Positions 8,642 to 17,555 of a DNA stretch of 64,000 bases are shown one piece after another. The translations under genes and the position numbers were made by a program. Origin of the DNA: an uncultured Ruminococcus sp. (lineage in GTDB: Bacteria; Bacillota; Clostridia; Oscillospirales; CAG-272); the NCBI GenBank assembly GCA_964434325.1, contig CAYSUO010000004.1, forward strand, positions 1,661 through 65,660. Reading direction: 5' to 3'. The notes below the pieces were generated by a model that had not been told where the DNA came from, ran no database searches, and was given only the letters and a program-made list of their open reading frames with translations. The first letter of the stretch is position 1; every line of letters begins with the position of its first letter.

Positions 8642-9541
8642 ATGAAAAGCTTTGTTATCGTAACGGACTCGTGCGGCGATATCAATAAGTCGCTTCGCGA
8701 AAAGTATGACGTGGACTATGTTCCAATGCATTACACCTATGGCGAGCGAGACCTCGTCGCCAGCCTCGATTGGGAAGAGCTCTCCGCCCCCGATTTTTAC
8801 AACGTTATGCGCGGCGGAACGCGCATAATAACCTCGCAGGCGAACGTGGCGACCTACGAGGAGGCGTTCGAGCGCTACCTTGCGGAGGGGCTCGATATTC
8901 TCTCCATTTCCTGCTCGTCGGCGCTTTCCGCCTCCGTTAAGGCGAGCTACACCGCGCGTGACGTGCTTCTCGCGAAGTACCCCGAGAGAAAGATTTATTG
9001 CATAGATAGCCTCATGTCCTGTGGCGGTCTCGCCATTCTTTGCATAATGGCTTCGCGTATGCGTGAGGCGGGGCGTAGCATTGACGAAGTTGCCGAGTGG
9101 GTCACGGAAAATCGCCTCAACATCAATCAGGAGGCAACGGTCGAAAAGCTCCTCTATTTGAAGCAAGCGGGGCGCGTATCCGCCGCGAGCGCCTTCTTCG
9201 GCGGCATACTCAATATCAAGCCCATCATCATCAGCGACGTTTGCGGAAGAAACGTTTCGATAGAAAAGGTGAAGGGAAGAGCTCTCTCCTTTAAGCGTAT
9301 CGCGGATCGCTTCGCCGAGGAGTACGTCCCGAGCGACGCTCCGATATTCATCTCGCACGCAGACTGCTTGGCGGACGCGGAAGCCCTCAAAGCCGAGGTG
9401 CTTGCTCGCCTCGGAGATGCCGCCCCCGAGATCGTCGTCGATTATATAGGTCCCATCGTCGGCGCTTCCGTCGGCCCTGGTACGGTGGGCGTTTGGTTCT
9501 TCGGCAAAAAAGTCACCTTTGACGCCGAGGCGGCTGAATAA
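8642..9541 (+). CDS. DegV-family fatty-acid-binding protein (FakB-like)
   Basis: ORF 8642..9541. MKSFVIVTDSCGDI... and the overall length are typical of DegV. It sits next to fakA and plsX. Confidence 0.85.
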   Translation: MKSFVIVTDSCGDINKSLREKYDVDYVPMHYTYGERDLVASLDWEELSAPDFYNVMRGGTRIITSQANVATYEEAFERYLAEGLDILSISCSSALSASVKASYTARDVLLAKYPERKIYCIDSLMSCGGLAILCIMASRMREAGRSIDEVAEWVTENRLNINQEATVEKLLYLKQAGRVSAASAFFGGILNIKPIIISDVCGRNVSIEKVKGRALSFKRIADRFAEEYVPSDAPIFISHADCLADAEALKAEVLARLGDAAPEIVVDYIGPIVGASVGPGTVGVWFFGKKVTFDAEAAE

Positions 9542-9624
9542 TAATCAATAACGCGGAGCCGTCTTTGAGACGGAAGCGTTAAAAGCTAAAAGTTGCCGCT
9601 TCGTTTAGGCATAAACGAAAAATA

Positions 9625-9775
9625 GGCAGTCGCATTAGGCAGAAACAAAAAAACGGTAGAAGTAAAGAAAGAACTCTGCTTCTACCGTGTTTTTTCGGGA
9701 AAATCAAGGTTAAAACCTACGGTTTCCCCGTTTTAATTTTGTTTTTTGTTTGTTTCTGCTCTAAATCCGCCAATC
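9625..9775 (+). repeat. Dispersed palindromic terminator element, copy A
   Basis: GTCGCATTAGGCAGAAAC...GGTAGAAG-loop-CTTCTACC-Trun...GGGAAAATC..GGTTTCCCC...TTGTTTCTGC. The same architecture is seen at 15141, 15470, 28662, 41884 and 50362. Confidence 0.85.
9655..9695 (+). terminator. Intrinsic terminator inside element A (ends degV)
   Basis: GGTAGAAGtaaagaaagaactctgCTTCTACCgtgTTTTTT. Confidence 0.8.
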
Positions 9776-9802
9776 CTCCGCGGTTTTTTCGCAAGGCGCG
9801 CG

Positions 9803-10195
9803 TCAAGTCGGGTCTTGAAGGCGGGGTTTAAGCTCCTCGCCGCTAAGCTCGTAGCTCGTTATGAGCCCGAGTGCCGCGGCTCTTTGAAATTGCTTCTTCG
9901 CGTAGGCGCTTTTGAGATGCGTCGCCGCCGCCAGCTCGTCAAGCGTGGAGGCGCCGCTCCCAAGTGCCGCGAGCATCTTCATCGCCACCGAGGCGCAAAG
10001 CGCATTTTTTAAATAGACGGGCGCCGAATAGAAGGCTAAGAGCGATAGTGCACAGCAGACCGCGGCGGGGGCATAGTTCGATTTCAAGCCGAAAAGCACA
10101 ATGCCCGCGGCGGAGGCGAGCGCCACCGCCACTGCCGCGCCGAAAAGCAAAAAGTAGAGCCTTCTTCCGCGCGCGCTTCTTTCCGTATCCTTCAT
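9803..10195 (-). CDS. Hypothetical two-TM membrane protein
   Basis: ORF 9803..10195 starts 5 nt after the yebC stop. It has two hydrophobic helices and then a soluble tail. I recognise no family. Confidence 0.5.
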   Translation of the reverse strand: MKDTERSARGRRLYFLLFGAAVAVALASAAGIVLFGLKSNYAPAAVCCALSLLAFYSAPVYLKNALCASVAMKMLAALGSGASTLDELAAATHLKSAYAKKQFQRAAALGLITSYELSGEELKPRLQDPT

Positions 10196-10200
10196 CGTGC

Positions 10201-10926
10201 TCAGTTGTCCCAGTTCGTAAAGACCGCAGTAACGTCGTCGTCCTCGTTGAACTTGTCGAGCAGCTTTTCCATATTTTCTATATCCTCTTGATTTTCAAGC
10301 GCCACGTAGGTGGAGGGCACCTTTGCGAGATCTGCGGTATCTATCTTGTAGCCGAGGGCGATTATCGCGTCTCGCACCGCGTCAAGCTCCTCGCTCGCGG
10401 TGTATATCGAGTATTCTCCCTCGTCGCACTTTATATCCTCCGCGCCACATTCCAGGGCGTCCTCCATTATCTTGTCCTCGTCTATCTCGTCGTCTTCATC
10501 GATAATGGTTATAACGCCCTTTTCCTCAAAGAGGTAGGCAACGCAGCCGTTTTGCCCCAGATTTCCGCCGTACTTGTTAAACCAGGCGCGCACGTTGCCC
10601 GCAGTCCTGTTCCTGTTGTCCGTCGAGGTCTCAACGATTATTGCAACTCCCGAAGGACCGTAGCCCTCGTAGCTTATCTCCTCGTAGCTTATATCGTTGT
10701 TTTCTGAAAATTTCTTGATGGTGCGCTGTATGTTCTCGTTGGGAACGTTGTTCGCCTTCGCCTTCGCGATAAGATCGCGAAGCTTCGAGTTAACCGTCGG
10801 ATCGGCACCGCCCGCCTTGATGGCAACGGACATTTCTTTTCCTATCTTCGTGAAGATCTTCGCCTTCGCCGCGTCCGATTTCTCCTTCTTGTGCTTTATG
10901 TTGTTCCATTTTGAGTGTCCTGACAT
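10201..10926 (-). CDS. yebC: YebC/PmpR-family DNA-binding regulator
   Basis: Starts MSGHSKWNNIKHKKEKSDAAKAKIFTKIGKE, the canonical YebC N-terminus. Confidence 0.92.
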   Translation of the reverse strand: MSGHSKWNNIKHKKEKSDAAKAKIFTKIGKEMSVAIKAGGADPTVNSKLRDLIAKAKANNVPNENIQRTIKKFSENNDISYEEISYEGYGPSGVAIIVETSTDNRNRTAGNVRAWFNKYGGNLGQNGCVAYLFEEKGVITIIDEDDEIDEDKIMEDALECGAEDIKCDEGEYSIYTASEELDAVRDAIIALGYKIDTADLAKVPSTYVALENQEDIENMEKLLDKFNEDDDVTAVFTNWDN

Positions 10927-10987
10927 AGTATCTCCTTCCGTCGCTTTGCGACTGTGCGTTTTCCGCGCGGCGAAAGCCGCGGGTGTG

Positions 10988-12733
10988 TTATATCTTTTCG
11001 GGGCTTTGTAAGCAGATGAGGTGAAGCGCCGTGCTTAGCACCTGCTTCGTTGCCGCCGTGAGTGCGAGGCGGCTGCTTCGGAGCTCCGCGTCCTCGCAGT
11101 TGGCTATCTTGCATTCGTGATAGAAATAGTTGAAAGCCGCCGCCAGATCGAGAATGTATCTCGTGATAAGGCTCGGCTCATACTCTTCGAGCGCCGCCGC
11201 CACCCGTTCGGGGAAGCGAGAGAGCACCTTCGCGAGCTCTATCTCGGGCTCACCGAGCGCCGCGTTCGTCATCGCGCCCGCGCTTTCCGCCTTTTCAAGC
11301 ACGGAGCAGGTGCGCGCATAGGTGTACTGTACGTAGGGGCCCGTGTTTCCGTCAAAGGAAAGCGCCTCCTCCATAACGAAGTTTATATCGCGTAGCCTGT
11401 TGTTGGAGAGGTAGTAGAATATAACCGCGCCGACGCCCACCTTCTCCGCAATCGCGCGGCATTCGTCGGGGTCGGGGTGCTTCTCCTTGGCAATATCGTA
11501 AACGCGCGCTATCGCCTCGTCGAAAAGATCGCGAAGCAGAATAACGTTGCCCGTCCTCGTCGCCAGCTTCGAGCCGTTTATGCTCACCGTGCCGTATGGA
11601 ACGTGAACGAGCTCGTCGTACCAGTCGTAGCCCATCAGCTCAACGACCTTAAACCACTGTGCAAAGTGGAGCGACTGTGCCGCGCTCGTAACGTAGATGG
11701 CTTTGTCGAATTGATACGTCTCCTTGCGATAGACCGCCGCCGCAATGTCGCGCGTCGGGTAGAGCGTCGAGCCGTCGCGCTTCAAAATGAGGCAAACGGG
11801 CATATTCCATTTGTCCAGCCGAACGATGGAGGCTCCGTCGTCGAGCTCCAAGAGCCCGAGCTCGCGTAGCTTCTCAACCTGGGCGGGCATCTTGTCCGTG
11901 TAGAAGGATTCGCCCTTGTAGCTGTCAAATTCTATCCCGAGAAGCTTGTAGGTCTTTTGGTATTCTTCGAGGCTCACGGAAACAAACCAGCGCCACAGCG
12001 CGAGATTTTCCTCGTCGCCCCCTTCGAGCTTTGAGAACTCGCGGCGCGCCTCGTCGCCAAGCTCGGAGAGCTTTCCCTTTCCGAGGGCTTCGCTCGCGTC
12101 CTCCTCCGCCTTTATCGCGTTGTTTATCTTAACGTAGAGTGCAACGAGCTCGTCAACGCCGCCGTCCTCAACCTTCTTCTTGTCGCCCCAGCGCTTGTAG
12201 GCAACGATGAGCTTGCCGAATTGAGTTCCCCAGTCGCCAAGATAGTTTATGCCTATGCATTTATATCCTGCAAATTCGTGTATCAGCTTCAAGGAATGTC
12301 CTATGACCGTCGTCCCGAGGTGCCCTATGTGGAAGGGCTTCGCAACGTTGGGGGAGGAGTAATCGAGAACGACGACCTTGCCCTGACCCACGTCGGGCGC
12401 GCCGTAGCGGTCCCCCTTGGAAAGCACCTCACCTGTAACGCGGCGCGCAAAGGCTGTCCCGTCTATGCGAAAATTGAGGTAGCCGCCAAGCGCCTGAACA
12501 TCGGCAAATTCTTCGCAGCTTATCGCCGCCGCGAGCCGCGTCGCTATCTCGGCGGGCGCGCGCCGCAGGACGCGCGAAAGCTTGAAGCAGGGGAGAGCGA
12601 GGTCTCCCATCGCCTTGTCGGGCGGGTATTCCAAAAGGTCAAGCACCTCGTCCGCTTCAAGAAGCTCCTTTCCGAAGCATTCGTTGGCGGCGTTTTTTAT
12701 CAGCTCCGCCGCTTTTTTCTTCAATATAAGCAT
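10988..12733 (-). CDS. argS: Arginine--tRNA ligase
   Basis: 581 aa. SSPNVAKPFHIGHLGTTVIGHS is the HIGH region. The N-terminal Arg-tRNA-synthetase add-on and the DALR-type C-terminus are present. Confidence 0.9.
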   Translation of the reverse strand: MLILKKKAAELIKNAANECFGKELLEADEVLDLLEYPPDKAMGDLALPCFKLSRVLRRAPAEIATRLAAAISCEEFADVQALGGYLNFRIDGTAFARRVTGEVLSKGDRYGAPDVGQGKVVVLDYSSPNVAKPFHIGHLGTTVIGHSLKLIHEFAGYKCIGINYLGDWGTQFGKLIVAYKRWGDKKKVEDGGVDELVALYVKINNAIKAEEDASEALGKGKLSELGDEARREFSKLEGGDEENLALWRWFVSVSLEEYQKTYKLLGIEFDSYKGESFYTDKMPAQVEKLRELGLLELDDGASIVRLDKWNMPVCLILKRDGSTLYPTRDIAAAVYRKETYQFDKAIYVTSAAQSLHFAQWFKVVELMGYDWYDELVHVPYGTVSINGSKLATRTGNVILLRDLFDEAIARVYDIAKEKHPDPDECRAIAEKVGVGAVIFYYLSNNRLRDINFVMEEALSFDGNTGPYVQYTYARTCSVLEKAESAGAMTNAALGEPEIELAKVLSRFPERVAAALEEYEPSLITRYILDLAAAFNYFYHECKIANCEDAELRSSRLALTAATKQVLSTALHLICLQSPEKI

Positions 12734-12813
12734 TTTATCTCCATTCTGCCGCCTCGCGGCAAAAATATCTTCAAGGTCTTAGTGGGCGCGAGATAGCCCC
12801 TCGGCTCCCCGCG

Positions 12814-13620
12814 TCAGCGTTTTCGGGTAAGAGCCTCGTAGAGGCTTCGATATTCGCCGTCCTCCCTCGGTGCGCACTTCGTGAGGCGCGCGAAAAGCAG
12901 CTTCGGCGGCTCCCCCTCGGCGCTGGGCTCACCAAGCTCGCCCCGCTCCGTCAGGTAAAAAGCGCCGTCTCTTTCGCAAATGCCCGCCGAAGCCGAGCTT
13001 GTCTCATCTCCGCATAGCTCGTCGCCTTGGGCGACCAAAATGCGCCGTGGGCTGATAAGCGCGGTGGTACCCTCGCTTCCGTCGCTTCGCCGCAAGGCGG
13101 AAAGAATACATTCGGCGGCCTCCTCAGGGCTTATGTACGTCGTGTCGATGACCGCGGAATAGTTCGTCAGGTCGGTGATATCAACGCCGTATTTCTCATA
13201 GTAGCGCTTCTTTTCGCTCGCGCGCCGCGCCCGCGTTTCCTCCACCGTCGCTTCTAAGCTCGCCGCGTGTTCCCCGCGGCGGTTGGCTTCCATTATTCGC
13301 TTCGCGCTCACCGTCGGGTCTGTCGAAAGGTACACCTTAAAGGTCCCGCGCGTGAAGTGCCACGCCATGCGTGAGTCGATTATCATCGCCTCGTGGCGAT
13401 CGGAGAGGGCTATCAAGCCGTCGTCTATCTCGCGGTCTATCTCGGGGTGCGTCTCCATATAAACGTTGAGCTCTCCCACGGTCATTCCGCGCCTATCGGC
13501 TATCTCGCGCACAATGGCGCCCGTCGAGTAGTACGTCGCGCCGAGCCTTTCAAGTAAAAGCTTCGCCACCGTGCTCTTTCCGCTCCCGAGATCCCCCGCA
13601 AGTGAAATCTTTTCGTGCAT
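12814..13620 (-). CDS. Cytidylate-kinase-like P-loop NTPase with a C-terminal extension of about 80 aa
   Basis: The P-loop is GDLGSGKST. The core resembles the cytidylate kinase-like family. I do not recognise the tail after about residue 185. Confidence 0.65.
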   Translation of the reverse strand: MHEKISLAGDLGSGKSTVAKLLLERLGATYYSTGAIVREIADRRGMTVGELNVYMETHPEIDREIDDGLIALSDRHEAMIIDSRMAWHFTRGTFKVYLSTDPTVSAKRIMEANRRGEHAASLEATVEETRARRASEKKRYYEKYGVDITDLTNYSAVIDTTYISPEEAAECILSALRRSDGSEGTTALISPRRILVAQGDELCGDETSSASAGICERDGAFYLTERGELGEPSAEGEPPKLLFARLTKCAPREDGEYRSLYEALTRKR

Positions 13621-13707
13621 TTTAATCTCCCTTCCGCCGCCTCGGCGTATTAAAGCTGTTTAACTAAATAATTATATACTATTTTATCAAAAAAGTCAAC
13701 CTTTTGC

Positions 13708-13897
13708 GCGCATATTTATCTCCCGCCCGATTACGCCCCGATTGCGCATATTTATCTCCGTGCGAAAAGTTTATAATACCATTTGCAAGGTGTTTTGGTG
13801 AATTTCAACGATTGCCTATCTATCTCTTCGTAAGGCTTATAGTATTATTGCAAGGTGCTTTGTTTATCCCATTGCACCTATTGCGCATATTTATCTG
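13708..13897. promoter_or_regulatory. Three copies of ATTGCGCATATTTATCT in a divergent intergenic region (candidate operator set)
   Basis: GCGCATATTTATCT(C/G) occurs at 13708, 13744 and 13883. In addition, TTGCAAGGTG(T/C)TT occurs twice, at about 13782 and about 13848. Confidence 0.4.
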
Positions 13898-13966
13898 TCA
13901 TTTTCCCGCTCGGTGAATAAAGTTCCGTATTTTTGAGAAAATAGCAATAGATTTTATGAAAGGAAA

Positions 13967-14725
13967 GTGAAAGCATTGGAAAAGAAAATCAAATTTACCG
14001 ACAAGCCGACTCTGGCAAAGATCATCTATGCGGCAGTCATCGCGGCGCTATGTATCGCGGCGATAGTCATCGGCATCGTCGCCGCCAACAACAGAAAAAC
14101 GCCGAACACCCCGCCCGACGATACGAATATCGGCGGCAACGAGGGCGGAGAAGGCGGGAACGCGGGAGGTAACAACGATGGCGGTGGCGGAGCCACAGGT
14201 GGAGACAATTCGGGAGAAAATGGCGGTGGCGAAGTCAAGCCCACGCCTGACGAGGGGAAGCTCACCTTCATCTCCCCCGTCGTCGGTACCGTGACGACGG
14301 GTCATAGCCTCACCGTGCCCGTATTCTCCGAAACGCTCGAAGTGTGGAAGGTGCACACGGGTATCGACGTTTCCACCGAGGAGGGTGCAGACGTTTTCGC
14401 CGCTGGTGACGGAGAGGTGACGAAGGTGTATTCGCACCCGCTTCTCGGCTTCACCGTCGTCATCAAGCATTCGGATACGGTGTCGTCAACCTATTCAAAT
14501 CTTGACGCAAATTCGAGCGTCGTTCCCAAGGTGGGAGATAAGGTGAAGCGCGGCGAAAAGATAGGCAACGTGGGAGATAGCTCGCTCTCCGAGCTGGCGG
14601 ATGAGGCTCATCTCCATTTCGAGGTCTTGGTCTCCGACGCACCCGTAAACCCGCTCGACTATATCTCCGATGAAGCGAAAAAAGCCTCCCTCGGAATTGA
14701 AGCAGACGGCGGTAACGCCGCGTAG
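13967..14725 (+). CDS. M23-family metallopeptidase (LytM-like) with an N-terminal TM anchor and a Gly-rich linker
   Basis: Diagnostic strings are HTGIDV...GDGEV...HLHFEV. The GTG start at 13967 is from the ORF track. Confidence 0.85.
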   Translation: MKALEKKIKFTDKPTLAKIIYAAVIAALCIAAIVIGIVAANNRKTPNTPPDDTNIGGNEGGEGGNAGGNNDGGGGATGGDNSGENGGGEVKPTPDEGKLTFISPVVGTVTTGHSLTVPVFSETLEVWKVHTGIDVSTEEGADVFAAGDGEVTKVYSHPLLGFTVVIKHSDTVSSTYSNLDANSSVVPKVGDKVKRGEKIGNVGDSSLSELADEAHLHFEVLVSDAPVNPLDYISDEAKKASLGIEADGGNAA

Positions 14726-14760
14726 CAAGAGCGCGCAAACGCTATACAAGACGCAAAAAT

Positions 14761-14945
14761 TTAACACGCCCGCCGCTTGGCGGTAAAGCTTGCTTTGAAA
14801 ACGAGGCTTCACTCAAAGTGCTTGCGGCTTTTCTTAACACGCCCGCCACTTAGCGTCAAAGCTCGCTTTGGAAACGAGGCTTCGCTCAAAGCGCTTGCGG
14901 CTTCTCTTAACACGTCTGCCGTTTGGTGGCAAAGCTCGCTTTTAA
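14761..14945 (+). repeat. 73-bp tandem repeat, about 2.5 copies
   Basis: TTAACACG(C/T)C(C/T)GCC starts at 14761, 14834 and 14907. Confidence 0.85.
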
Positions 14946-15140
14946 AAAACGCAGAAACTTTGCGTAAACTGTGCTTATCGTCAAGCCACTTTAAAAAGGC
15001 GACACGTTGCGTAGTTCTCCGCTTTTAACACACTTGTCGCATTAGAATGGCGAAAAATCGTTTTTGTCGCGCGCTTATCGTGAAGTGCAAAAAAATGCGG
15101 GTTTAGCGTGCCACTATAAGGATAGCTTTTAATAAAAAGA

Positions 15141-15325
15141 GGCTGTCGCATTTTAGGCAAAGCCGAACGAAAAACGGTAGAAGTAAAGAAAGAACTCTGC
15201 TTCTACCGTGTTTTTTTAGGGAAAATCAAGGTTAAAACCTACGGTTTTCCCGTTTTAATTATGTTTTCGTTTGTTTCTGCCTGAATCAATTAGCCGCCGC
15301 GCGTGTGTCTCATTAAATAAAAAGT
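15141..15325 (+). repeat. Dispersed palindromic terminator element, copy B
   Basis: GGCTGTCGCATTTTAGGCAAAGCCGAACGAAAAAC...GTTTTCGTTTGTTTCTGCCT, followed by AGCCGCCGCGCGTGTGTCTCATTAAA. Confidence 0.85.
15176..15217 (+). terminator. Intrinsic terminator inside element B
   Basis: GGTAGAAGtaaagaaagaactctgCTTCTACCgtgTTTTTTT. Confidence 0.75.
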
Positions 15326-15469
15326 TGGATTAAACAAATTACAGTTTGAATTCGTACAAAAGTCGGATATTGTCTAATTGAGATTTGGTTAAAAATGCTT
15401 TTATGGCAAAACAAAAAATGATAATTTTTCGGCGTTTTAAAATTAGAAGAAACATAAGCGTATGAGAAG

Positions 15470-15735
15470 TGGCTGACGCATTTAGGCAAAGCCGAACGAA
15501 AAACGGTAGAAGTAAAGAATCATCTCTGCTTCTACCGTGTTTTTTTGGAAAAATCAAGGTTAAACCTACGGTTTTCCCGTTTTAATTTTGTTTTTCGGTT
15601 GTTTCTGCCTAAATCCGCCAAGCCTCCGTATAGGTGCCTCATCAAAAATTCGCTTTTTATTGATTTTACCGTGTTACCGTGGTTTTAGCCCAAAAGCCCT
15701 GTTTTATTGAATTTTTAATGAGACACCCCTTTTTC
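15470..15735 (+). repeat. Dispersed palindromic terminator element, copy C, with the extended right-hand inverted-repeat module
   Basis: It has the same left, core and right arms as copies A and B. It then carries CTCATCAAAAATTC (15638-15651) and GAATTTTTAATGAG (15709-15722). Confidence 0.85.
15505..15546 (+). terminator. Intrinsic terminator inside element C
   Basis: GGTAGAAGtaaagaatcatctctgCTTCTACCgtgTTTTTTT. Confidence 0.7.
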
Positions 15736-15790
15736 TCTATATCAAATTGTCATTTAGAGCACGTAGCTCATCACTCTTTTTGTGGAGCTA

Positions 15791-17539
15791 TCAGTTGCAC
15801 TTTTTGCGCGCAACGTAGGAGGTGTGGAGCGCCTTGTGCGCCGCGTGGCAACCGTACTCGCCCTTGAAGTAGTTGTCGTAAACTTCTTTAACGACGGGGT
15901 TGTCGTGCGACTTGCGAAGCTCCATAGCGGCGTCCTGATCGTAGAGCGCCTTCGCTCTGACGGCTTTCAGGTCCACCGTGTCGCGCACGTGCTGAGGCTG
16001 TATCGGCTGACCGCCGCCGTTGACGCAGCCGCCAGGGCAGCCCATTATCTCAACGAAAGTCCAGTCCGCCTCGCCGCTTGCTATCTTGTCCATAACGAGC
16101 TTGGCGTTCGCGGTTCCCGAAGCAACGGCAACCTTGATCTCCTTGCCAGCGATGGTGTAGGTGGCTTCTTTGAGCCCTTCCGTTCCTCTAACCTCGGAGA
16201 AAACGAGCTCCTTGTTGTCCTTGCCCGTGAGAACGTCGTTCGCGGTCCTAAGCGCCGCTTCCATAACGCCGCCCGTGGCGCCGAATATAACGGCGGCACC
16301 CGTGTCAACGCCGAGAGGTGTATCAAACTCCTCGTCGGGAAGTGCAGTAAATTTGAGACCTGCTCTGGAAATCATCTTGGCGAGCTCGCGCGTCGTGAGA
16401 GCAACGTCAACGTCGGGAATACCGTTGCCTGCCGCCGACATATCGTCACGTCCAACCTCGAATTTCTTCGCGGTGCAGGGCATTATCGAAACGACGAAAA
16501 CATCCTCGGGATCGTAGCCCATCTTGTCCGCCCAATAGGTCTTTATGAGAGCTCCGCCCATCTGCTGGGGAGATTTGCAGGAGGAGAGGTGCGCGATATA
16601 GTCGGGATAGTAGAGCTCGCAGAACTTGACCCAGCCAGGTGAGCACGAGGTAATCATCGGAAGCTTGCCGCCGCCGTTGACTCTTTCGAGAAGCTCCGTG
16701 GCTTCCTCAACTATCGTGAAGTCGGCCGCGGTGTCCGTGTCGAAGACCTTTTCAAAGCCGAGCCTTCTGAGCGCCGCAACCATCTTGCCTTCAACGTTGG
16801 TGCCGATGGGCATACCGAAGCATTCGCCGAGTGTCGCTCTTATCGAGGGCGCCGTCTGAACGACTACGTGCTTCGAGGAGTCGGAAAGCGCCTCCCAGAC
16901 CTTGTCGGTATCGTCGCGCTCAACGAGAGCTCCCGTGGGGCAAACGGCGGTGCACTGACCGCACGAGATGCAGGGCGTCTCGGAGAGGGAGACGTTGAAG
17001 GGCTGACCGACGCAGGTGTCGATGCCGCGGTTGTTCGCACCGATGACGGAGACGAACTGCTCCTTACAAACCGCGATGCACCTTCTGCAAAGGATACACT
17101 TGTTGTTGTCTCTAACGAGGTGCGGAGTCGAGAGATCAAGCTCGTAGGTGGGCTTGAAGCCTTCGTAAGCTTTGGAATCGGTGCCGTATTCAAGGCAGAG
17201 CTTCTGCAATTCGCAATTGGTGGAGCGAGGGCAAGAGAGGCAATTCTTGTCGTGCGTCGAAAGGATGAGCTCAAGCGTCGTCTTGCGAGCCGCTCTCACC
17301 TTCGGCGTGTTCGTCTGAATTTCCATTCCCTCGGCGACGGGATAAACGCAGGCGGTAACGAGCCCGCGAGCGCCCGTGGCTTCAACGACGCAGATACGGC
17401 ACGCGCCGATCTCGTTCTTTTCTTTCATGTAGCAGAGCGTGGGGATCTCAACGCCCGCCGCGCGTGCGGCTTCGAGTATCGTTGAGCCCTTGGGTACGCT
17501 AACCGCAATACCGTTTACTTTAACGTTTAACATTTCCAT
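15791..17539 (-). CDS. hydA: [FeFe]-hydrogenase catalytic subunit, HydA of a HydABC-type complex
   Basis: ORF 15791..17602. I place the start at ATG 17539 because AAGGAG lies 9 nt upstream. The N-terminus is a 2Fe-2S ferredoxin-like domain with Fe-S Cys clusters. H-cluster motifs MPCTAKKFE and EIMGCPGGCVNGGGQP are present. L1 reads TSCSPGW. Confidence 0.9.
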   Translation of the reverse strand: MEMLNVKVNGIAVSVPKGSTILEAARAAGVEIPTLCYMKEKNEIGACRICVVEATGARGLVTACVYPVAEGMEIQTNTPKVRAARKTTLELILSTHDKNCLSCPRSTNCELQKLCLEYGTDSKAYEGFKPTYELDLSTPHLVRDNNKCILCRRCIAVCKEQFVSVIGANNRGIDTCVGQPFNVSLSETPCISCGQCTAVCPTGALVERDDTDKVWEALSDSSKHVVVQTAPSIRATLGECFGMPIGTNVEGKMVAALRRLGFEKVFDTDTAADFTIVEEATELLERVNGGGKLPMITSCSPGWVKFCELYYPDYIAHLSSCKSPQQMGGALIKTYWADKMGYDPEDVFVVSIMPCTAKKFEVGRDDMSAAGNGIPDVDVALTTRELAKMISRAGLKFTALPDEEFDTPLGVDTGAAVIFGATGGVMEAALRTANDVLTGKDNKELVFSEVRGTEGLKEATYTIAGKEIKVAVASGTANAKLVMDKIASGEADWTFVEIMGCPGGCVNGGGQPIQPQHVRDTVDLKAVRAKALYDQDAAMELRKSHDNPVVKEVYDNYFKGEYGCHAAHKALHTSYVARKKCN

Positions 17540-17555
17540 TCCAGCGTACTCCTTA

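Noticed and set aside
12734-12813. T-box leader upstream of argS (and 60212-60531 upstream of cysS)
   Set aside because: The argS leader is only 80 nt, and the cysS promoter lies 35 nt from the ATG. Neither has a specifier loop or T-box consensus sequence.
15339-15557. 72-aa ORF in the hydA-proximal gap
   Set aside because: It reads through copy C of the repeat element, has no SD and lies in AT-rich filler sequence.
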